This document shows, in pieces, positions 28,374 to 37,681 of a stretch of DNA of 64,000 bases. Source of the stretch: a virus (taxonomy: Duplodnaviria; Heunggongvirae; Uroviricota; Caudoviricetes); the IMG/VR virus record IMGVR_UViG_3300024344_000001; one strand, written 5' to 3'. Within the stretch, counting starts at the first letter, position 1. Each line of letters starts with the position of its first letter. The notes beneath the pieces are model-generated. The model was given only the letters and a program-made list of their open reading frames with translations. It was not told the DNA's origin and did not search any database. Made by a program: the position numbers and the translations under genes.

Positions 28374-28536
28374 CTTCGGGTTCTACAAAACAGATCTTGT
28401 ATTCATCGACAAATTCCTTCCATCTTTCTTCAGGAATACAAATAACCCTACTTCTGTTAGTAGTCATAGGGTTAACAAGTTGCATAAATGAGGACTTTTG
28501 CATTGCCTCAAATGCTCGCTTCAAATCTCCGAACAT
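28318..28536 (-). CDS. hypothetical protein
   Basis: ORF. Confidence 0.35.
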   Translation of the reverse strand: MFGDLKRAFEAMQKSSFMQLVNPMTTNRSRVICIPEERWKEFVDEYKICFVEPEDDTEWKEWQDDESTSSKP

Positions 28537-28622
28537 TACATGCTTTCAAAAGGGTTTAAGTTGTGTGTTTCACAACTCCATTATAGCACGCTTATTCAAA
28601 ATTTCAAGGGAAAACCGCGAAG

Positions 28623-28695
28623 ATTTCCAAAATACCCGACGTGGAATCGAACCACGGTCTCCAGGGTCAGAGCCTAGCGTAATAGACCATTATAC
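28623..28695 (-). tRNA. tRNA-Gln (anticodon CUG)
   Basis: Cloverleaf folded by eye: acceptor 7 bp, T-arm cgugg-UUCGAUU-ccacg, anticodon loop CUCUGAC. Confidence 0.65.
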
Positions 28696-28823
28696 GACCG
28701 GGTAATAAAATGTAAGTAGGTTGTGCTACTACGCCAAATGCTTACAGGTAAGGCACACCTGCATGTGCCCCACAGTGCCTTTCTTCCCGGGAGGCGACTT
28801 TTAATCTACCACGACTTCTAAAG

Positions 28824-28894
28824 TACCCCTTGATGGAATCGAACCACCTTCTACTCGTTCAAAGCGAGTTATAATACCAATATACCAAAAGGGC
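28824..28894 (-). tRNA. tRNA-Gln (anticodon UUG), tentative
   Basis: T-loop signature ggaatcgaacc; anticodon stem actcg/cgagt with loop codon CAA. Confidence 0.5.
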
Positions 28895-28932
28895 GTGTTG
28901 TCAGACATTACCAATATGTTAATGGGTAATAT

Positions 28933-29163
28933 TTAGTCCTTTTTCAGTCTATCAAAGACCTCATCCATTGTGTAGATATGATTCATTTTTACATCTGCCA
29001 GACTCATATAGAAAGAGTGATATTCCCCCAAAGATATTTGTCTTTCATGGTCTGGTTGACGAAACCACCACCATATACATGAAACGTAGTAGTAAGGTTT
29101 CCATCGCAACCACCGATACATTCGTATCGGTAAGATTTGATTTTGATACCTATCATCTTTCAT
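28933..29163 (-). CDS. hypothetical protein
   Basis: ORF between tRNA genes. Confidence 0.3.
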   Translation of the reverse strand: MKDDRYQNQILPIRMYRWLRWKPYYYVSCIWWWFRQPDHERQISLGEYHSFYMSLADVKMNHIYTMDEVFDRLKKD

Positions 29164-29183
29164 ATCATTCTCACGTTATGTAG

Positions 29184-29252
29184 AGGTCACACGAGGAATC
29201 GAACCCCTTTGACTGAGTTGCAATCAGACTGCTCTCCATCTGCTCTGCGACC
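29184..29252 (-). tRNA. tRNA, isotype unresolved (possibly Cys GCA)
   Basis: Acceptor ggtcaca/tgcgacc; T-loop aatcgaa. Confidence 0.4.
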
Positions 29253-29325
29253 TTATTCGTGAACCAAATCATTCTCTCTCACTTTCTAAACTTTCTTTCC
29301 ACGTTTCACGACACACCAATACAAG

Positions 29326-29415
29326 CGGAAGCATAGGGATTCGAACCCTAAAACCGACGTTCCCGCCGATTTACAAAGTTAGCAACTTTGCCCCTCATCC
29401 AACCGGATTACTTCC
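29326..29415 (-). tRNA. tRNA-Ser (GCU), type II
   Basis: T-arm taggg-attcgaa-cccta; long variable arm; anticodon stem caaag/ctttg, loop codon AGC. Confidence 0.6.
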
Positions 29416-29590
29416 GTATCACATGATTTATATACCCATATGAGCGGCCTTATGTTGTTCCATCGCCCGTTGAGCATTCTCTTCTGCGATATGTGCAGAA
29501 ATTACCTCAAAGGAACTTTCGTATTTACACGGACAAAATTCTGCTATGAAAATTGTTTGCATCACGAGAAATCTCCGATTTTGATGTAAG

Positions 29591-29690
29591 TGGACCCGAC
29601 AGGAGTCGAACCTGTATGAGATTATGCAATCTCTGCTTCGTCAAGCATCCCCGGGAGCAGCTACTCTCCCAGTTCGTGTATACCACAAGA
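29591..29690 (-). tRNA. tRNA-like, long/atypical, unresolved
   Basis: T-arm acagg-agtcgaa-cctgt present; no clean 5' acceptor found by eye. Confidence 0.3.
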
Positions 29691-29765
29691 TTCTCCTAGA
29701 GAATCTTTATTCCACCACGGGACCATATTATACTATGTCCTAACTGTCATACAGTTGAACACAAG

Positions 29766-29848
29766 TAGCGGTGACAGGAGTCGAACCTGCATAGCCGAAG
29801 CCACATGTTCCTAAGACATGCGTGTATCCCTAATTCCACCACACCGCC
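29766..29848 (-). tRNA. tRNA-Leu (UAG), type II
   Basis: Acceptor agcggtg/caccgcc; variable hairpin; anticodon stem catgt/acatg, loop codon CTA. Confidence 0.6.
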
Positions 29849-29881
29849 ATAACGGGAGCAGATTTGTTCTCTGCTACCCGT

Positions 29882-29909
29882 ATTATACACCATTTACTCC
29901 GTTTGTCAA
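29882..29909 (-). promoter_or_regulatory. sigma70-like promoter (TTGACA-N16-TGTGTATAAT) upstream of a tRNA block
   Basis: rc: gttgacaa...gtgtataata. Confidence 0.55.
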
Positions 29910-30018
29910 CCAAAAAACGCATCTAATACGAAAGTTGATGCAAAAACAGCGATAATCACCCAAATCCACGCTTTACTTTCCTCACCCTCTTGGGCGGTTT
30001 TTCTGGGATAGTCTTGCA

Positions 30019-30684
30019 TTACTTAGTTGCCTTTTTACGATCTGAATCGCTGTAATCGATTTGCTCGTAAATCTCTACGGGTCCACGTTCAAATGTCTGG
30101 TTACGGAGACATTCTACACCGGAAGACATTGAGTTATACGCATGAGCAAGGTTTGAGTTTTTAGATACCGACAGTGAGGAACTCTTAGCGAATCCTCTGG
30201 CACCACCTTCTGTAACGGCGTTCTGGTTGGCACCAATAAAGGTAAACTTCCAGTTGTAGGTATTAGTCTGTAGATCAATCATTTCCTTGAGGCGTTCATT
30301 ACCTCTGTCATATCCTGGGAATTCCTTACTAGCATTCTCGCCGCCGTCAGTTACCACACAGAACATAACAAGTCCTGGGCGTTCTTCTTCTGGTAGTTCG
30401 GCCAGTCTCTGACCAGTCTTGTTGATAGCCATAGCAATGGCATCATTTAGGGCCGTCATACCCCTAGGTTCAAGAGTATACCCAGTTGTGTCCTTAATGT
30501 TTACGGCGTCATACACATAATTGAATTCATCATCAAACTCCAGTAGACTAATATTACATTCGCCCTTAGCCTGTTTTTGCTTGTTAAAGAATTCATCCAG
30601 GCCCTCTTGAGCCTGCTTCAGACCTCTATGCATACTTCCGCTGCGGTCAATAACCATCGTTAGGTCTGTAAGATCCTGTCTCAT
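30019..30684 (-). CDS. von Willebrand factor A (vWA) domain protein with MIDAS motif
   Basis: DRSGSM (DxSxS) MIDAS; start moved to the ATG at 30684, which has a GGAGG RBS. Confidence 0.65.
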   Translation of the reverse strand: MRQDLTDLTMVIDRSGSMHRGLKQAQEGLDEFFNKQKQAKGECNISLLEFDDEFNYVYDAVNIKDTTGYTLEPRGMTALNDAIAMAINKTGQRLAELPEEERPGLVMFCVVTDGGENASKEFPGYDRGNERLKEMIDLQTNTYNWKFTFIGANQNAVTEGGARGFAKSSSLSVSKNSNLAHAYNSMSSGVECLRNQTFERGPVEIYEQIDYSDSDRKKATK

Positions 30685-31106
30685 TTTTCCTCCATTTGGG
30701 AATCGGGGTTTTCCTCTTCTCTCATCTTTCTCATATGTTCCATCATTTCTTCGTGTTCTTCTTCTGTGGCCGCATTCAGGCCATCTTCTGGAATACACAT
30801 TAGTGATTGAGTAGGTACGTTATCATACTCCCACTCAAGGAACTCTTTTTTGATTTGCGGGTTCTGTTCTTCGAATTCGTGTCGTGATACAATCTTCTTA
30901 GGCTCCGTATACTTCACATAGTAGACGGCCTTATCTTTCCAATCAGGAAAGTCAATATCCCATTGCATACGAATACTCTTAGTATTCGAGTGCATAGCGA
31001 CATAGAAGTTTGGTTCTACAATACCAACGATCACCCCAAGATCTGACACTAAGGATCTTAGTGGGTAAATTGGGTCATCTTCGTAAGTCATTTTTTCTTC
31101 CATCAT
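30681..31106 (-). CDS. hypothetical acidic protein, translationally coupled to the vWA gene
   Basis: Stop overlaps the downstream ATG (ATGA). Confidence 0.45.
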   Translation of the reverse strand: MMEEKMTYEDDPIYPLRSLVSDLGVIVGIVEPNFYVAMHSNTKSIRMQWDIDFPDWKDKAVYYVKYTEPKKIVSRHEFEEQNPQIKKEFLEWEYDNVPTQSLMCIPEDGLNAATEEEHEEMMEHMRKMREEENPDSQMEEK

Positions 31107-31201
31107 TTCTTAGGTTTATGATCTGGTAAGTACCATATTAAATCTTCTTCGTTTGTATCAGTCCAATGCTGACGTTTGGATATCTGCATCCTTTGCAGAT
31201 T

Positions 31202-32782
31202 TTACTCATTGCTCTCAGTGACTTCCTTTACCTTTACTTTTTGCTTTTGCATTTGCTGTAGCATACCAGCCATTACCGCTGGGTCAAGGCTTGCACCTTC
31301 GCCCATAACAAGCACTTCTGGTCCTACACCTTCAAGTTCAGGTAGGTTGTTAATAAGGTTGTCAAGAATATAGAATCCGATACCGCCGTAGGCAGAAATC
31401 TTCTCTCTAACAGCTTCCGCTTCACCCTTAGCTCTACGGGCTTCAGCCTGACCCTCATTCTCTTCAGCTTCAATCTTGATCTTAGATTCTGTAAGGCGAG
31501 CCTGTTCCTTAGCGGCAGTACGGGCCTCAACAGTATCCTTCTCTACTTCCGCAGCAAGCTTCTGTTCCTCAAAAGCTTTAATCTGCTGTTTAGCAAGTTC
31601 CTGGTCAGTCTGAGTGGTAAGTAGTTCCTTACCTTCAGGTGTGCTATCAAGTCCAATATCAGCGATACGAACAGCGATAACATCTACCTTAAACTCAGCA
31701 ATAGCTTCACGTAGTTGTTCAGTAGCCTCAGTTTCTACTGTAGAACGAGAATTCAGGTAATCTAGGGCACTGGTATGTTCAGCGTTATTTCTGAAGATAC
31801 TTCGTACTGCGGGTAGAATTACCTTTGTTTCCAAAGTATCAAACCCATCCTTATCTAGATCTACGTCTGGTTCACCAATTTCTGATACAAGGTGAGGGGC
31901 ATTATCCTGCCTTACGGTTACCTCAACCCTAATATCAACGGGAAACTTATAACCATCGACGGTCTTAACTCCAATGGAGTGGTCAACTGTAGGGCGGTCA
32001 CTAGCACCCAACTGGGATGTACTGGTATAAGAGTAAACTCTCTTAGTAGTATTTACCTTAATCGGGTAGTAAGCCTCAGTATTGATATAATGAGTACCTG
32101 GGCCATACGGTGTATCCCAAATACCTACCTGACCAACTGGAACTAACTTACTAGTCGATACCGCTTCACCTTCGGCCTTAGTGCCGTGGTGAGACTGAAT
32201 AACCACACACTCATTCTGCTTGATAATAAGTGCTGGTTTTACCTCAACGGTGAATAGGTTAGGATTGTATGCGACAGTTTTACCAGCGGGAATAACTGTA
32301 ATCTGTGGACCTGCAAAACCTTTTGCTCCAAAGGTAGCACCATCCAACATGTCTTCTACAGAATCCCATTCATCAGCATAAGCCTGACCACTAAGTGCCT
32401 TACCGTCCTTAGCAGTTACCAATCCCATACTACCAGCAGGAATAGGCATGTTTGGGTTTTGTGATAGTTCATACTGCCACGGCCATAGACCAAAGTTCCA
32501 ACCTGGTCCCAATGTCGCAGCTTGCGGACCACGTTCGCCGTTAAAGGCTACTACGTGACCGCCTTGTAGTGGAGACCCAAACTTTGTTGAGACAATTCCA
32601 CGAGAGTCACCATCCACATAAAGGGCGGTCTGCCAACCGGTAAGTACGATAAACAAACCCGTAAACAAAAAGAGACCAAATCTACCAGGGCCAAGAATCT
32701 GTTTTGTAATGGGTACGAATGGTAGAACCAACGTAACCAATGCTAGAAACATAAAAGCCGCAAAAAACACTGTTGACATCAA
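31202..32782 (-). CDS. SPFH/band-7 (flotillin/prohibitin-like) membrane protein with coiled-coil tail
   Basis: N-terminal TM segments; SPFH core; long Ala/Glu/Lys/Gln-rich heptad C-terminus. Confidence 0.65.
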   Translation of the reverse strand: MMSTVFFAAFMFLALVTLVLPFVPITKQILGPGRFGLFLFTGLFIVLTGWQTALYVDGDSRGIVSTKFGSPLQGGHVVAFNGERGPQAATLGPGWNFGLWPWQYELSQNPNMPIPAGSMGLVTAKDGKALSGQAYADEWDSVEDMLDGATFGAKGFAGPQITVIPAGKTVAYNPNLFTVEVKPALIIKQNECVVIQSHHGTKAEGEAVSTSKLVPVGQVGIWDTPYGPGTHYINTEAYYPIKVNTTKRVYSYTSTSQLGASDRPTVDHSIGVKTVDGYKFPVDIRVEVTVRQDNAPHLVSEIGEPDVDLDKDGFDTLETKVILPAVRSIFRNNAEHTSALDYLNSRSTVETEATEQLREAIAEFKVDVIAVRIADIGLDSTPEGKELLTTQTDQELAKQQIKAFEEQKLAAEVEKDTVEARTAAKEQARLTESKIKIEAEENEGQAEARRAKGEAEAVREKISAYGGIGFYILDNLINNLPELEGVGPEVLVMGEGASLDPAVMAGMLQQMQKQKVKVKEVTESNE

Positions 32783-32838
32783 AATTTTCCTTTCAGTCTA
32801 TCCTAGTAAAAGTGGGACCGAACATCGGCCCCACCTAT

Positions 32839-33951
32839 TCAACCCTTAATGTTGATAATTGGTTTAACGTGATGGGTAACGTCTACCAATTCCTTCTGTT
32901 GTTCCATGACAGCAAAAATATCCTTGTAGGCGAACGGCGATTCGTCCAGGGTATCCTTATCTACCTTAGCACGAACACCCTCCATAGTCTTCTTGAAATC
33001 CTGAACATCTAATTCTCTCTTAGCGGCCTTACGTCCTAGGACGCGACCAGCACCGTGAGAAGAAGAGTGCATGGATTCTTCGTTCCCTTTACCTACTACT
33101 ATGAACGAACCGTCTCTCATGTTACCAGGAATTACGCCTTTCATCCCTTTTTCAGCATGAGTGGCACCCTTACGGTGAATCCAGCGGCCATCTTTCAATT
33201 CCGCATGATTATGATTACGGTTGATAAACGAATTCGAATCTGAAGACACACCTCCCAATCTACGGTCTAATACCGCTACTACAGCTTCAATCATAGCTGC
33301 ACGGTTAGCCAAGGCATAAGTAAGAGCATAGTTTAGGTCCACGATGTAATCCTGACCCAACTGTGAGTCTACATCAAGAGCACCATCTAGCCCCTCACCC
33401 TTAGCGATTTTCATATACTCACCCGCAATACCATGACCTAGGCCACGAGATCCTGAGTGAATAACGATCCAAATTTTATCATGCTCGTCATAGCCGATTT
33501 CAATGAAGTGGTTTCCACCACCCAATGTACCTAACTGTCTACGGGCATTACGGCGACCGTACATTTCTTCAGCAATCGCCGTATGTGGAAGTTTTTCGTC
33601 TACCCACACCTTGTCTTCCTTATGAGTATTAAAACCAACTGGAATATCACGGTAGATGTTCTGAAATAGGTAGTCGGCTCTTGCTTCAACGTCAGTTCTA
33701 TCGGCGTCTGTGCATATGCTGCTCATCCCGCAGCCTATATCGAAACCAACCCAAGCGGGGTATATTACCTCTCTTGTTGCGAATACTGAGCCAATAGGTG
33801 CATCATATCCAGTATGGGCGTCAGGCATCATAGCCCCTTGCTCAACAAATGGAGAATCCATACAATTATCAAACTGCTCCATAGCGGAGTCTTCAACAAC
33901 TTCTGCAAATATCTTTGATGGTTTCATTTCTCTCTTCTCCCTCTTATTCAC
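32839..33951 (-). CDS. rtcB: RtcB RNA 3'-phosphate/5'-OH ligase
   Basis: Motifs MPDAHTGYD, NRNHNHAE, HSSSHGAGR. Confidence 0.85.
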   Translation of the reverse strand: MNKREKREMKPSKIFAEVVEDSAMEQFDNCMDSPFVEQGAMMPDAHTGYDAPIGSVFATREVIYPAWVGFDIGCGMSSICTDADRTDVEARADYLFQNIYRDIPVGFNTHKEDKVWVDEKLPHTAIAEEMYGRRNARRQLGTLGGGNHFIEIGYDEHDKIWIVIHSGSRGLGHGIAGEYMKIAKGEGLDGALDVDSQLGQDYIVDLNYALTYALANRAAMIEAVVAVLDRRLGGVSSDSNSFINRNHNHAELKDGRWIHRKGATHAEKGMKGVIPGNMRDGSFIVVGKGNEESMHSSSHGAGRVLGRKAAKRELDVQDFKKTMEGVRAKVDKDTLDESPFAYKDIFAVMEQQKELVDVTHHVKPIINIKG

Positions 33952-33957
33952 GACATG

Positions 33958-34152
33958 TTACCATTCACTGTAATCAGTTACATCTTCTTCTTCTTTACTA
34001 ATATTACAGCGAATTACAGTTACCGTTCCTAGTGTAGTGGGCGTGTAAATCCACGAGAACTGTCCACCACTAGCACCAGTATATTCACGGCGATGTTTGT
34101 TCATAAATGCCGTAATTCTTTCTTGTTCTTTATCAGTTCTTGACGGTCTCAT
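33958..34152 (-). CDS. hypothetical small protein
   Basis: ORF. Confidence 0.3.
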   Translation of the reverse strand: MRPSRTDKEQERITAFMNKHRREYTGASGGQFSWIYTPTTLGTVTVIRCNISKEEEDVTDYSEW

Positions 34153-34448
34153 AGATTCCTCTCACCTTCCCAGTCGTAGATACAGTCGTCATCAATATCA
34201 ACCAATTTGATACCGTAATGATCGGCTGCGGCAATTACTTCTTGCCTCAACTCTGCAATTTCTTCCTTGTCTGATCCATCGTACCAAAATGTACGCCATT
34301 CACTTTCCCACAACTGAGTGCCGCACCTATCTTTTACTGTTGCATAGATAGCAACATAGTATGCACCACAGCATTCAGGACCACATGACCATACATCTAA
34401 ATAGAGACGCTCAGCCCATTCTGAGATTGGTTGGTATTCTTCAGTCAT
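34149..34448 (-). CDS. hypothetical protein
   Basis: ORF. Confidence 0.4.
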   Translation of the reverse strand: MTEEYQPISEWAERLYLDVWSCGPECCGAYYVAIYATVKDRCGTQLWESEWRTFWYDGSDKEEIAELRQEVIAAADHYGIKLVDIDDDCIYDWEGERNL

Positions 34449-34506
34449 TTTTCCTTATTTCCCATGTAAACTGCATATGTGCCGCTGGTTCCCACCCAAA
34501 TGGAAT

Positions 34507-34531
34507 TGGAGACGACGGGATTCGAACCCGT
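34507..34531 (-). pseudogene. tRNA 3'-fragment (acceptor 3' strand + T-arm) with no matching 5' half
   Basis: ggagacg + acggg-attcgaa-cccgt; no complementary 5' acceptor found within 150 nt. Confidence 0.3.
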
Positions 34532-34847
34532 GTGTTGATTAGCAATCATAATAACTTCTACGTGTGTAGGTATGTGCCACATACCAGAGGATAGTCTTCG
34601 CCAGGCGGGTCTATCATACCTTGTCCCTCATGGGCACGGCGATTAAGTCGCTACTCTCGTCTGTTATCCGATATATTCTACGATTGGGTAAAAAGGCTCG
34701 CAGAGAAGCCCGCAGCTTACGCTGCCATTAGTACAGATGTTTTTGCATCTATTGTTCGATCTATTTTTTAACTGGCCCTTAGATCAACCAGTACACGCGA
34801 TCATTACTCTCTACTATCAGTCGATTCCAAAACGTCCCCGTTATTTT

Positions 34848-35219
34848 CTAATGATCCAAATCTTTCACTACCGAAGGTAGTTCTTCTATCCTCTTAGCTT
34901 TATCATCTATTACCAAGTCAAAATGCGGTTTCTCGTCTCCACACTTAAGGTTATGGAACTTACAACCCCACTCACTTAGTTGTTTTAAGGTGTGAGTCTT
35001 GTAGTCTTTCCCACTCACTGACCCACGGGCAGTCCAGTATGTGATATGCCATCCCTCGTCATACAGCTTATTGATCTTAGCTATGTTATCGAAGTGAGGC
35101 TCAGACAGGTCATAACGGCGTTCGCCGCTGTAGAAGCAGATAGTCTCGTCAATATCTACGAAAGCCCGTTTCTGCTGACCTTCTGGGGTTAGTCTGTTGG
35201 CTATATGAAAGTCGGTCAT
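34848..35219 (-). CDS. HAD-superfamily phosphatase (DxDxT)
   Basis: Motif I VDIDETICF. Confidence 0.5.
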   Translation of the reverse strand: MTDFHIANRLTPEGQQKRAFVDIDETICFYSGERRYDLSEPHFDNIAKINKLYDEGWHITYWTARGSVSGKDYKTHTLKQLSEWGCKFHNLKCGDEKPHFDLVIDDKAKRIEELPSVVKDLDH

Positions 35220-35402
35220 TTACCGGCCTTCTTTCTATTACTAAGCCACTGACGAAGTCCCTTTTTAGATTCTACCATCATTTCCTCCAGCTTTCTACGT
35301 GTGATATCTACTATCTTCTGAGCGTATGGACCTAGTTCACATGGTTCATCATACACCATCAACGCTTTGTCTACGTTCATTGTAGCACCGTTTTACGAAA
35401 TG

Positions 35403-35744
35403 TCAAGGACAAATCCAGCCGATTGACAAAATAAACCGAGATCCTTCCAAAACGGTCGTTACGGAATGCTCTTGAACGTCTGGTCTAAACAGCTTTATAC
35501 GGGGCGTGTTGATAAGTGCGTTCAAGCATATAAACTCTCCACCCTTCTTACACTTACGCAGTACAATGTTCAGTCTAAAGTGTCTTCCTCTTGGAACTGT
35601 ATCAATGTGAGTATTGATATTAGATCCCTCTGGGAAACGTATTAGGTATACATCAAAGAAGAGAAGGCTACATAAGCATAATTTCTCATACCCAGTACCC
35701 AATCTACCTTTTACCCATTTGAACATTACTCTATCACATTTCAC
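35403..35744 (-). CDS. small 2OG-Fe(II) oxygenase-like protein
   Basis: HxD...H...R pattern: THIDTV ... EHSVTTVLEGSRFILS. Confidence 0.4.
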   Translation of the reverse strand: MKCDRVMFKWVKGRLGTGYEKLCLCSLLFFDVYLIRFPEGSNINTHIDTVPRGRHFRLNIVLRKCKKGGEFICLNALINTPRIKLFRPDVQEHSVTTVLEGSRFILSIGWICP

Positions 35745-35784
35745 TACACGTAAAAAAAACCCGCCCCAAAAGGACGGGCTAAGG

Positions 35785-35874
35785 GCAGCTAAACGAGAAT
35801 CGAACCCGCATAACCCCGTTAGGGGTCTCCTGATTCACAGTCAGGCCCAGCAAACCAATATCTGGCTTTAACTG
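35785..35874 (-). tRNA. tRNA, type-II-like; anticodon loop reads GUG
   Basis: Acceptor cagctaa/ttaactg; extra hairpin cccc-gtta-gggg; anticodon stem cctga/tcagg, loop codon CAC; D stem ccag/ctgg. Confidence 0.4.
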
Positions 35875-35914
35875 CATACTATATCCCATAAAATTGGGAA
35901 TTCAGTGAAATAAA

Positions 35915-35944
35915 TCGAACCTCAGTTACTAAATTGGTGTATAA
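35915..35944 (+). promoter_or_regulatory. plus-strand promoter-like element (extended -10 TGTGTATAAT) ahead of an HNH gene
   Basis: ggtgtataat at 35936-35944. Confidence 0.35.
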
Positions 35945-35964
35945 TATACCAACGGTTCATTAAA

Positions 35965-36035
35965 TGCGGCATGACTGAATCGAACAGACATTTTTTGTGT
36001 GGAAAACAAAAGTAATACCATTATACCAATGCCGC
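35965..36035 (-). tRNA. tRNA-Gly (UCC)
   Basis: Acceptor gcggcat/atgccgc perfect; T-arm gactg-aatcgaa-cagac; anticodon stem tttgt/acaaa, loop codon GGA. Confidence 0.55.
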
Positions 36036-36048
36036 AAAAGAGAGAATG

Positions 36049-36689
36049 TTATGAATACTAAAAGATGTAATCATTGTTTCGAAGAACTACCAGCGTCACA
36101 ATTTTACAAAAAGGGTAATGGGTTGTGGGCCTATTGTAAGTCGTGCGAATCTATTCGTAAAAAACAACAGCTTGTGAATTTCAAGAAACAGTGCTTAGGA
36201 TATAAACAACAGTTTTCTTGTACGAAATGCGGTTATGATCATAATATAGTCGCACTTGATTTTCACCACACGGACCCAACACAGAAAGATTTTAACATTT
36301 CTAAATGCAGAAACCTTGTTTTGAATGATAGAATCAAGGCAGAACTTGATAAGTGTGTAGTAATATGCTCTAATTGCCATAGAGAAGAACACTCGTTGGA
36401 GTGTGGATTGTTTACCCCTAAAATCCTAAAACCTAGATCGCCATCGTTATGTACTGAATGTGGATCAGAATGTTCTCATGGTGTACAGAGATGTAAATCT
36501 TGCTATATTAAAGAACAAAAGAAAAATATTCCTTCAAGAGAGGATCTGATATTGGATATCAAATCTCTCAAGTATGCCACTTCTATTGCTAATAAGTATA
36601 AAGTAACTGGGAACGCAGTGAAGAAATGGATGAAAGGATATAAGCTTTTTGATTTTTATAAATCTAACAAAAGTGCTAGATACCATTAG
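36049..36689 (+). CDS. HNH homing endonuclease with N-terminal zinc ribbons
   Basis: CNHCFE..CKSCE; CTKCG..LDFHHTDP..CSNCHREEH. Start moved to the internal ATG (MNTKRCNHC) because the annotated ATG at 35997 lies inside the antisense tRNA-Gly. Confidence 0.65.
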
Positions 36690-36701
36690 ATCACACTCAC
36701 G

Positions 36702-36905
36702 TTACTTCTTATTACAATACTCATAATAGATATCACAAGCATTTGCGAATTCAGTTCCACACCTGATATGATCAAACCAAGCACTGAACTTTTTAATTGG
36801 TCTAAAGTGTGAAGTTGATTTATATCTATTAAGAGAGTCTTCCCACATTTTACCTGCTAGGTTAACTCTTTCAGCAAATACTCGTTCTATATTCACTTTT
36901 TGCAT
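36702..36905 (-). CDS. hypothetical small protein
   Basis: ORF. Confidence 0.3.
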   Translation of the reverse strand: MQKVNIERVFAERVNLAGKMWEDSLNRYKSTSHFRPIKKFSAWFDHIRCGTEFANACDIYYEYCNKK

Positions 36906-36944
36906 ACTTTTTCGGTTTCCTACTGTTAGGCAACCCCTTTAGAT

Positions 36945-36985
36945 TGCCAAGCGGAAGCTGAAGGAATCGAAAATTGATTTTTATT
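36945..36985 (-). repeat. duplicated tRNA-Ser 3' fragment (acceptor + T-arm), near-identical to 49712-49745
   Basis: ccaagcggaag..ggaatcgaaa shared with the start of the tRNA-Ser(GGA) copy at 49712. Confidence 0.45.
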
Positions 36986-37010
36986 CCATTTCCGTATATA
37001 ATATATAGAG

Positions 37011-37093
37011 CAGAGGGTGGAATAATCGAAATCCGAACGAACTAACGCTCCCCGAGGGTTCAAACCTCGTTTGCCACCTTGACGGCACCCTCT
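37011..37093 (-). tRNA. tRNA-Ser (UGA), type II; paralog of the tRNA at 49717-49799
   Basis: Acceptor agagggt/accctct; anticodon stem cgagg/cctcg, loop codon TCA; aligns position-by-position with the 49717 copy. Confidence 0.5.
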
Positions 37094-37446
37094 GTATTAA
37101 CAATCATAAATAGGAGTACTCATATGAAAGTTAAGTGTTTAACTTGTGAGCAAAGTGTTGAAATACATCGTCATCTTTGTATTCAGTTTCGTTACCATGA
37201 TCGTCCATAGTTTTATCCTAATATATCGTAAAGAAAGTGACTCACCCTATCTACTACATACAGGGTGACTTTTCGGGGAATTATTAACCGGCCCCCAGTA
37301 GTGGATACTCCCAACAGGTTCAAGAATGTAAACAGGTTCGCCTCTTAAGCTCCCTATCACATTTATGCCCTAGGAGCGACCTAGTGCATTTCCCCGAAGG
37401 TTTCTGAGTCACATGATCTAAAATAGGTATTAGAACAACCCATTGA

Positions 37447-37533
37447 TCAGAGAGAAGGGAATCGAACCCTCATACAGTCTTACGACACTCCTGCTTCCAA
37501 GGCAGGCGGCATACCAATATTGCCCACTCTCTG
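37447..37533 (-). tRNA. tRNA with Pro (UGG) anticodon arm and ~18-nt extra segment between T and anticodon arms
   Basis: Acceptor cagagag/ctctctg perfect; D stem ggca/tgcc; anticodon stem cctgc/gcagg, loop codon CCA; extra acagtcttacgacact. Confidence 0.45.
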
Positions 37534-37536
37534 TGG

Positions 37537-37607
37537 TCAGGGTAGAAGGGATCAAACCTTCTCCTCTGGTATCCAAGACCAGAACGCTATCATTACGCCA
37601 TACCCTG
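37537..37607 (-). tRNA. tRNA-Pro (UGG)
   Basis: Acceptor cagggta/taccctg perfect; T-arm gaagg-gatcaaa-ccttc; loop codon CCA. Confidence 0.55.
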
Positions 37608-37611
37608 TTGG

Positions 37612-37681
37612 TCGCCCCTGAAGGAATTAAACCCCCGCCTCTTCCACCGAAGGAAGTGTGCTTACATTACACTATAGGGCG
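37612..37681 (-). tRNA. tRNA, isotype unresolved
   Basis: Acceptor cgcccct/tagggcg; T-loop aattaaa. Confidence 0.35.

Noticed and set aside
36945-37095. Initially read as a novel structured element shared with 49712-49800
   Set aside because: Alignment shows both are type-II tRNA-Ser genes (UGA and GGA) plus a duplicated 3' fragment; this is kept as a repeat or tRNA feature rather than a new RNA class
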